33,820 bases of DNA from Catajapyx aquilonaris (taxonomy: Eukaryota), in contig JYFJ02004261.1 in the NCBI GenBank assembly GCA_000934665.2, positions 1 to 33,820 on the forward strand. Direction: 5' to 3'. Each line of letters starts with the position of its first letter. The first letter of the stretch is position 1. Positions 26,837 to 33,820 of this stretch are shown one piece after another. The notes under the pieces are model-generated. The model saw only the letters and a program-made list of their open reading frames with translations, was not told the origin of the DNA and made no database searches. The position numbers and the translations under genes were made by a program.

Positions 26837-27126
26837 CTGTATACCCTTGATACAGTACCTTGGATACAGTGCTTTCCAATCTTTTTCGTTGGCGGCCCCA
26901 AAAAACCGCCACTCAAAATTCGCGACCCTCCTGATGTGAGTTATTATTGCCACGTACTAGGCCAGAAGAATGAAGATAATATAATAAATAGCTGGTAGGG
27001 CATGCGGGAAGGGGGCAGAGGTGGGTAAAGGAGAAATTAATATTCATTGTACTAATTTTCCATACAAATATGATTTATTGCCATATGAAAAACATCTCCA
27101 AAAACCTCTGGAAAAACCAGACGGTA

Positions 27127-27295
27127 AGGAGGAAATGGAGTTTGAGGAAATATTGCAAGTATTTACAGAATTTATTCGTAAATTCAGCCCAAAATAACTT
27201 TCACCATCAGTATGTGTGATCCAAGTTATTTTGAGCTGAATTTACCACAAAAACTGGTTTCCCTAACAGTATTTCTTCTAACTCCATTTCATCCT
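27127..27295. mobile_element. Foldback / MITE-like inverted repeat inside the MULE, just past the transposase stop codon
   Basis: Outer arms TAAGGAGGAAATGGAGTTTGAGGAAATATTG (from 27125) and CAGTATTTCTTCTAACTCCATTTCATCCTTA (to 27297) are 27/31 complementary. Inner arms GTAAATTCAGCCCAAAATAACTT and AAGTTATTTTGAGCTGAATTTAC are 22/23 complementary. Flanked by TA (or TAA). Confidence 0.75.
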
Positions 27296-27313
27296 TAATT
27301 ACCTTCCGCTTTC

Positions 27314-28003
27314 TTACATTTTTTTTGGTTTCCCTCTTTTTCTGCACAGAAAAAAACCTGCTGCCTGCACATGCTCAATGACACCTTTTGCCACCGTCTC
27401 ATCTGGTACTGGATAATTCCTTGTGTCTTGTAGTAACCCTTGGCATACATCATCTACTTTTCTTTTGACTGACTCCCTAGCATTACCCCTTTCGCCAAAC
27501 ACGTTCCTCGTTTGCACTATTTCTTTGTGATATTCCCTATCTTCTTGCAAAGTGTCTATTGTCATGCCAATCATGCTTGAGACAGTGTGGGGTTGTTTGC
27601 CAAATACACAATGTATGTGCTTATTGCACAGGTTACCCTTAACCAAATTATCAGAACAGGTGCATGAAACATTGTGGATGCACACATGACATTCATCACA
27701 CATCATAGGGCAAGTAAGCCCTTTGCACAACAATTGATCTACATTTTTTTCTTTGACTGTGTGTATTTTCCCACTTCCTTCCTCTGACACCTGCCACGTC
27801 ATTTCCTCACTGTTCACGATACACTGCAACTTACAATTAGAGCCCTCTTTATGTTTTCGTCTTGAATCCGCAATTTTGGACGTTAACTTGCCCATCTCCA
27901 ATTTAATTTTGGCATCAAATTCTTTGTCCAGTATCAATTCTTCCAGCACAGCGATGCACTTATCCACACGCTTACACTTCTTACCCCCCATGTAGAGTAC
28001 ATG
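27314..28003 (-). CDS. Open C-terminal segment of the MULE transposase with SWIM-like zinc finger (about 27617-27664)
   Basis: Body of the supplied 234-aa ORF. Cys-rich CxxxCxxCxxCxH region followed by CTC...CNKH (canonical SWIM is CxC...CxH; one extra residue here). The ORF's MLAG start lies inside the MITE TIR, so it is not the native start. Confidence 0.7.
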   Translation of the reverse strand, partial: HVLYMGGKKCKRVDKCIAVLEELILDKEFDAKIKLEMGKLTSKIADSRRKHKEGSNCKLQCIVNSEEMTWQVSEEGSGKIHTVKEKNVDQLLCKGLTCPMMCDECHVCIHNVSCTCSDNLVKGNLCNKHIHCVFGKQPHTVSSMIGMTIDTLQEDREYHKEIVQTRNVFGERGNARESVKRKVDDVCQGLLQDTRNYPVPDETVAKGVIEHVQAAGFFLCRKRGKPKKM

Positions 28004-28005
28004 TA

Positions 28006-28228
28006 CCCCCGCGAGCATAAAGATGGAGACGGCAGGCCCTTTTTTGACCTTTCTTTATCCGACTCAAATTAATGAACTCTTTTTGGACGGAGTTTGCTGC
28101 TTCAGGCGTGTGTTCGTGTATTTATGACAGTATATTCTCTGGTATATTTGATACCGTAATAGCTTCAATTGGCATTGCAGCCTGCCGAAGGTGAGGGCCT
28201 GCCTTCTCCATGTTTATGCTCGCGGGTG
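28006..28228. mobile_element. Tc1/mariner-type MITE, 223 bp, inserted in the MULE transposase
   Basis: 35-bp TIRs with 3 mismatches: 28006-28040 CCCCCGCGAGCATAAAGATGGAGACGGCAGGCCCT versus the reverse complement of 28194-28228, CACCCGCGAGCATAAACATGGAGAAGGCAGGCCCT. TA on both flanks (28004-28005 and 28229-28230). Confidence 0.88.
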
Positions 28229-28324
28229 TACTTCAGTTTCTGGTGGTAAGACTCCAATTACATATTCGTATTAAGTCGAGCTGCCGCGTGCCGGTGCGGC
28301 AGGGGCGCCGCCTGTACCTCCTGC

Positions 28325-28414
28325 TTACGTATGCACCTGTATTAAATGCCTCTTCAGGTTATTGCTCTTACTGAAGGTCTTGTCACACAAACTGCAGGTC
28401 CGTGCCGTGTCCAT
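28325..28414 (-). CDS. N-terminal C2H2 zinc finger segment of the transposase
   Basis: CxxC-x3-F-x5-L-xx-H-x4-H pattern (CSLCDKTFSKSNNLKRHLIQVH). It is followed by AC|GTAAG, which is either a splice donor or a frameshift/deletion region. Confidence 0.7.
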   Translation of the reverse strand: MDTARTCSLCDKTFSKSNNLKRHLIQVHT

Positions 28415-28447
28415 GCTGAGCACATGCTGAGACGACAGACGACAGAC

Positions 28448-28545
28448 AAGTACAAGGGCATGCCACACTTCTCCTGTGGCGCGGGGGAGCGCCCGTCTGT
28501 GATTGGCCGGATAGAAGAGCCATGTTCCTCTGACCAGACGTTTGT
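28448..28545 (-). repeat. Right TIR of MULE (5' end relative to the transposase)
   Basis: Reverse complement of 26739-26836; the transposase ATG (28414) lies 34 bp inside its inner edge. Confidence 0.95.
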
Positions 28546-28975
28546 CTACTTTCATCCTAACCACGGCAGTAGTGTGCCTATGCGCCAACTGGTAGTGGCC
28601 TATCGTACTACGTCCAGGGGGAGGCACAGTGTTACCAAAATTCGGCATCTAGTCCGCTACTAGTACAGAAAATAATTAAATGATGAAACAAACGGTGCTG
28701 ATTAGCCTGCAAACGTGTGTTGAACTTTTCGCAATTGCGCAGCATTAGGACTATCACCATTTCATGCCATTTCCTCTCTCTCTCTTTTTTGCACGCCAAT
28801 CAGCATGACTCCAGTTCGGTCACGTGCTCTAGTGCCAATTCAGCCAATTAGCGCTGCTCTCCAAAGCAGCCATTTTCCATCGGAATCCGGGAGCTCTTGA
28901 GCTATTCAAACACCTAATATCAAAATAATCAGCAGGTCATTTTGCTACTGGGGATAAAAAAAACTGTGGAAAAAC

Positions 28976-28994
28976 AGAGAGAGAGAGAGAGAGA
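28976..28994 (+). repeat. (AG)9 microsatellite
   Basis: Read directly from the sequence. Confidence 0.9.
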
Positions 28995-30012
28995 CTCCCT
29001 CGGCGTTACAAATTACTTTGTTACGGTCGTGTTAACAAGGTCATTAGAATGCTAATATCAACGCCCGCTAATTTCATCCCGAATAACAAAAGTTTGTGGG
29101 AGAGTAGGGAGGCAACATTGAAAAAAAAAAACATTTTGCAGCGAGTTTCTCCAGCAGCTTCATTGTGCTCGGAATTGCAAAAATCGGGGGGAAAAATTCG
29201 CGTCGCGTGTGTCACACCAGTTGCGCACTTTATTACATTTTCCTATGCATTCGGAAACCCTTTTATGCCACCAAACAAATTCTAGTGGCAACACCCGCGT
29301 AAATTTCACGCTGCAAAAAGTACACCAGCGAGTACTACAGTATTGCCAAGTTTTTTTTTGAAAGATTATTCTTTCAGCAGATTTTTTTGGCGGGCTATGT
29401 TTGGTGTTTTTCCAGTAAAAAAGCAGCTCCTGGGAAAACAATTCACAGCTTCTTTCCCTCGACAATTATTGTTGGACTGCTGGTTAATACGGAAAGGAAG
29501 ACTTGAATGAACGAATTGCTTTTATTGAACTCTTTGAGACGTAATCAGACTGGATTTTTGAACTTGGAAGGAAAGCGGACACTCCAAGAAGCCCAGGGTG
29601 TGAAGGAAGCACGTAGAAAAAGGAAAGGAAGGGCACGTATTTGGACCCCGAAAAAAATGGTGTAGGAGAAAAAGGAAAAGGAAAAAAGGAGAGAAGGAAT
29701 GAAGGAGAGGGAGAGAGAGAGAGTGAATGATGGAAATTCCCTGGAGAGGTTTGGCTCCTTGGTTGGGCAGAGGAAAAGGCGGCCATAGACGTGCGGCCGG
29801 GTGGAAATTCATCTATTAGGAAGCAGGTCAGGTGACACAAGGCGAAAACGTGAGAAAAGGATGGCTGGAAGAATGGAAGAAGGCGAGTCTCCAACTTGAA
29901 CCAGTCTACTCTTAGAAATGGGAAGAAGAAAAAAGAAATCTCAACGTAATTTTTTCATATGCGTGTAAAGCATACCCAGCACAAATTTAAAATAATTACT
30001 TTGTAGCCTACA

Positions 30013-30060
30013 ATATATATGAATGGAAAAGTTTGTCGGTATGTCCAATTTCCCTTCCCC
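30013..30060 (+). repeat. Helitron-like 5' head motif (ATATATATGAATGGAAAAGTTTGTCGGTATGTCCAATTTCCCTT)
   Basis: Matches the copies at about 46-78 and 6105-6140; no 3' end identified. Confidence 0.55.
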
Positions 30061-31851
30061 CTATACCGCCCCTGCCTTATTTCTACGGGGTTTAATTCTT
30101 CAATCCCAGCGCTAATAATCAGTATAGATATTAGACAGTATTTACAACAGGTGAGTGTTTCTACAATGGGGTGTACTTTACGTGACGTTTCTTAGGGCAA
30201 CGGTAGTTGTTTCTTTTTCTTTTGGCGATAGTCCACGGGGAAAGAGTTAGGTGGGTGGATTGGAATAGGGGGTGGTTGGAGGGACGTAAGTGAGAGGAAG
30301 GCACTTGGGGTCTGCGAGAGAGAGCCTTGAAGAGGAAAGCAATTGGATTCCCTTCCGAGAGGACAACCACTCTCACTTGCCAAGGATTACGAGACTTGCC
30401 AGGAATTAAGTGCAACAAAGCAACCTAACACCTTCTACCCCCCGAGATGCTGTTTTTTTTTGTTTCTTCCTATACTTTTTTATTTTCCTTCCACTTCTAA
30501 CCAACCATCGTTCTCCAAGGACACATCGATTGGTTACCCCCAAACATAAACTAACCCTACTTATCTCCGGATGGGTTGCATTTAATTGCATTTACTCCTT
30601 CTGCTATGTTGTGTTGAAATTGGCAAATTCAAAATGTACCCGCATTTTTTTTTACATTTTTACATGATGTTCTGGCTTGTACCCCCGAAGCCGTAATGCG
30701 CACTTTAGGTCGTCTGTTCCGCATCACAATTTGCGCGCAGTACCTGGCCAGGTTCAAAGTACGGGCTACTTTTCCTATATACACAGAAATGGAATTACGC
30801 GCAGTGACTAAGGCCCTGGTTGCACACCGAGTCATTAGCCACCCCCTTCCCGGAAATGACATTTGCGCCAAATTAGAGATTTACATGGGGAGGGAGCCAA
30901 CCGGTTTACACACTAGTTGCGTGGAATCCTGGAAGCTAAATCAGCTTGCATTGTGGTCTTAACCGAGACTCATTAATAAGCAGGGGGGTCTAAGAGCGGC
31001 ATAAATCAGCAGCAACCTTCTGTAACAGTCTGCTGGGACTGGATTCCAGCAGAACTAGAGACCTTCTGGGAATTCATGGCCGCCACTTATGGACCAACGC
31101 CTAGCCTCTCCTTTTTTCCAGCAGGATGTGTTGTGTGAGCCCCACATGAAACTGCTGCATTCCACCACAGGCTCATCCATGCGTTCAGATTTAGAAGCTA
31201 TTTTTTGGCTTCACTTAACACGAGCCCCCAGGCTGCTGGACGCGCCACAGGGTGTGCAGTAAAACACGGGATACATAATTAACCTGCTGGCCCACATGAT
31301 GTTTACCTATAGCCTCCCCAAATGTGTACAACTGTCACTTGTACCACCTAGCTAGTCATTTCAAGTCTGAAGGTCTTGTTCCCAGCACAGGTGCCTCTCT
31401 TGCATAGGAAGTATTACAGACACAGGATCAGTCGGTGTGAACAGGTCGCACAAAGGGAGATGGTATTCCAGTCGAGCGGTCCTCTGTTGTTTTCCCGTGG
31501 CCACGACAAAACAACAGGCATAACCTCTCCGTTGTTTATACTGTACGGTCGGATGAATTGGGAGGGTAGGGTATGGGGTTTTTCGGAGGGGGCTTGAAAT
31601 GTGACACAGATAAATGTCGTGTATGCCAAGTGGCGTGAAATTTCAAAGCGAAACCCGAGAGCATGCAGGTGGGGTTATATAGAGTTTGGGGGGTGGTGAG
31701 TTTGGCCCGCGTGTTATGTTCAGACCGAGGACAGCAGGCTGCTGTTGCAATCATTCCAGGCTACTCCTGCAGCGGTTTGGAAAGGTCGATATAATACAGG
31801 GTGATTCACCAGCTTCGTTACATCTGTACACAAACTGCTCAGTTGTGGGAA

Positions 31852-32117
31852 TCATACTACTAATCCCCTTATTCTCTCTGTCTGTTGTCTCATCGCCTGT
31901 ATATAGGTAGTCACTTTCTCCGGTTCAGCAATTAGAGGGCATATAGCGGTCAAAGAGGGTGGGACCCACCGCGTGGTGACTCATCACCAACGTGCATGTA
32001 GTACTACTTTCCCTCTAAGTACGGCAGTAGTGTATGCGCCAACTGGCAATGGCGTGTCGTACTACGTCCAGGGAGGGAGGCAATGTTGCCAAAATTTGGC
32101 ACCGAGTCCGCTACTAG
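31852..32117 (+). mobile_element. Non-autonomous Helitron-like element, uninterrupted relative of 26511-28663
   Basis: A|TC 5' end (31852, or alternatively 31864), hairpin TGCCAAAATTTGGCA about 12 nt before the terminal CTAG (32114-32117), followed by T. Shares GAGGGTGGGACCCAC, CGCGTGGTGACTCATCACCAACGTGCATG, a single CTACTTTC, ACGGCAGTAGTGT and TCGTACTACGTCCAGGG with the interrupted copy. Confidence 0.82.
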
Positions 32118-33820
32118 TAATTAATAAGGCCTAACCTAGCAACTCGCAACACGCGCACATCCTCCCGAATTTGGAGGTGCAGATTCGCCCCCCTCCTCCC
32201 CAACCCCCTCATTAATTAGGCCAGCGAGGTGTGCTCGCCTCTGAGCTGAACCAACAAACTGCCCACACCTAAAATGTATTACCTGCTTCCTCCTCCAGGC
32301 GTCATTTTGCTATTACCCAACCACCATCCGGCAGTCCACGTCACTAATTATGCAGTGCACCAACTTATAACTTGATATTAAATTGATCCGAAATTTTCCT
32401 TCCACAAATTGGTACACTGACTTTTTGTTCCGCCCATCAGTAAAACACACCTGAACAATCCGGGTCAATCCGGCGACACAAGTCGAAACAAACTGCAGGC
32501 TAATAACGAGTGACAACCTCCACGTGAATTCGGCCCCCCAAAAATATGACGTCACACTTCCATTTCCGCCACCCAATTCCTCCGGCTGGAAATGGCCTAC
32601 TTGCAACTTTATGTATGGCCACACCGGGCCTGAATGTTCCAGAGAACCTATAATAGGACTTTGCCTTCTTTTTTTGGGACAGAAGACGAAGGAAACTTGG
32701 GCTCAATCCTTATTGACTACCAATAACAGAAAAAATGTGATGAAAAGGAAAGGTTGGTTACTGATATAGCCTAACCTAACGAAATACGTAAGTTCCGGAG
32801 TAGAAAAGGGGGCCCCCAGAAGATGTATAAAACGCGAACCTTAATCTCATTTCCTACCTTTTAACTTTGCCAGGTTGCTGTTAATTACAGGCTAATACAC
32901 TTTGCCCTCCCTTCCACCTTCCCTTCTGATGGATGGACTGCGAAATGCACTTTTACACCTCTCCAGGAGTTAAGTTTTTGTCCCCGAAGGCGAGTCTTCT
33001 TTCTCCTTTTTTTTCCTTTAAGAAAGGCGAACCTATACCTACTTTGGGATCCAATTACTGCAATTTTCGGCAGCCGACGTTGCAGTGGCCTTATGACGCG
33101 GTTATTGCATTGTCGCGGGGCATTACCTCATTGTTTTCCAGCGGATTTAATCTGCCGGAGCGTCAAAGATCTTTGGATTATGCCCTGGACACGCTAATCA
33201 CGTTTAGTGATCAATTAGCATCAGTTTAGGACTCATAATAGACCTGGCTAATTACAGATCACGTGAAATTGTTGGTGCGAATATTCCATGGCGGGCTGAT
33301 TTAAATGTGGCATTTAAGACACATTATCCGATAGCTATTCTTGTCCGTTCCTTGCCTTATGGTATTAAAAATTGGTCTGCAAAATAATTTGTTTAACTGA
33401 TTATATGCACGTAAATTAGAATTGGGAGCAAGGTGTCGCTATTTTCAAAAATTCATTCAATGGAAAGCATTTCGTTAATTTATTATCATGTACTGGTTAC
33501 TCAAAATATATTAATTTTCTATCGCTTCTATTGTACTAATTCAAAATGCATGCCGCTCACTTAATTGTGTTTTATGGTATAGGAAAGTACAGTAATAATT
33601 TAAAAACCAATGTGGCAGAAAACAAATTAAATCTGCTGTAAATGAAACAAGAAACGATTGAGTTGGAACACCCTGTACATGCCGGCTACAAACGGCTATA
33701 TTCCTACAATAAAAAAAATTGAATGCATTAGCAGCGGTTGGTCACTGCCAAAAAAAACCGCAATTAAGCCCAAACAGGCAGCCGCTATCAACCTCGATTG
33801 AGGAGCAGCTCTGAGGCGAG

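Larger units (their letters stand above)
27314..28414 (-). pseudogene. MULE transposase pseudogene (C2H2 finger, C-terminal catalytic-E motif and SWIM zinc finger; most of the DDE core deleted)
   Basis: 28414-28325 reads MDTARTCSLCDKTFSKSNNLKRHLIQVHT* (C2H2 finger). 28275-28228, in another frame, reads LNTNM*LESYHQKLKY (MULE TNxxLESxHxxLK motif with an in-frame stop at 28258-28260). After a MITE insertion the sequence continues LYMGGKKCKRVDKC...DKEFDAKIKLEMGKLTSKI...CDECHVCIHNVSCTCSDNLVKGNLCNKHIH to a stop at 27314. The pieces are out of frame with one another. Confidence 0.85.
26739..28545 (-). mobile_element. Non-autonomous, internally deleted Mutator-like (MULE/MuDR) DNA transposon, 1807 bp
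   Basis: 98-bp terminal inverted repeats with 2 mismatches: 26739-26836 (ACAAACGTCTGGCCAGAGGAAC...TTGTACTT) and 28448-28545. Direct target duplication CTACTTTC at 26731-26738 and 28546-28553 (9 bp, CTACTTTCA, if the left end is shifted by one base). The interior encodes C2H2, TNMxLESYH and SWIM-type remnants typical of animal MULE transposases. Confidence 0.92.
26511..28663 (+). mobile_element. Non-autonomous Helitron-like element interrupted by the MULE (26511-26738 plus 28546-28663)
   Basis: 5' end A|TCTATATTCCCCTTAAT, 3' end GTCCGCTACTAG|T with a degenerate hairpin (TTACCAAAATTCGGCA) upstream, and no TSD. Both halves align colinearly with 31852-32117. Confidence 0.78.

Noticed and set aside
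26661..26998. ORFs sharing peptide blocks with the ORFs at 28325-28663 (apparent gene duplication)
   Set aside because: The shared peptides are translations of the two MULE TIRs.
30136..30156. Plus-strand CAG|GTGAGT as a second ratchet point
   Set aside because: No pyrimidine tract upstream; at most an isolated donor-like match, and on the opposite strand to the strong site.
1..33820. CRISPR array, rRNA, conserved miRNAs or prokaryotic operon
   Set aside because: No regularly spaced repeats, no recognisable rRNA or known mature miRNA by eye, and very low coding density with eukaryotic transposons and microsatellites.

Overview
Eukaryotic, almost certainly animal (probably arthropod-like), non-coding DNA, intronic or intergenic. 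I find no credible host protein-coding exon, rRNA, tRNA or CRISPR array, and nearly all of the supplied ORFs look spurious. The clearest structure is a nested transposon at 26511-28663. A short Helitron-like element is split by a 1807-bp Mutator-like (MULE) element with 98-bp TIRs and a CTACTTTC target duplication. The MULE carries an internally deleted C2H2/SWIM transposase pseudogene, which is in turn interrupted by a 223-bp TA-flanked MITE and followed by a foldback hairpin element. An uninterrupted relative of the host Helitron sits at 31852-32117 and serves as a reference for the empty site. Several other short Helitron-like elements (including a possible head-to-tail tandem at 12815-13173) and MITE remnants are scattered across the window. 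The best host-function signal is a strong minus-strand recursive-splice (ratchet point) motif at about 22605-22646, suggesting the window lies inside a very long intron of a minus-strand gene. I see no evidence for a wholly new multi-gene system.
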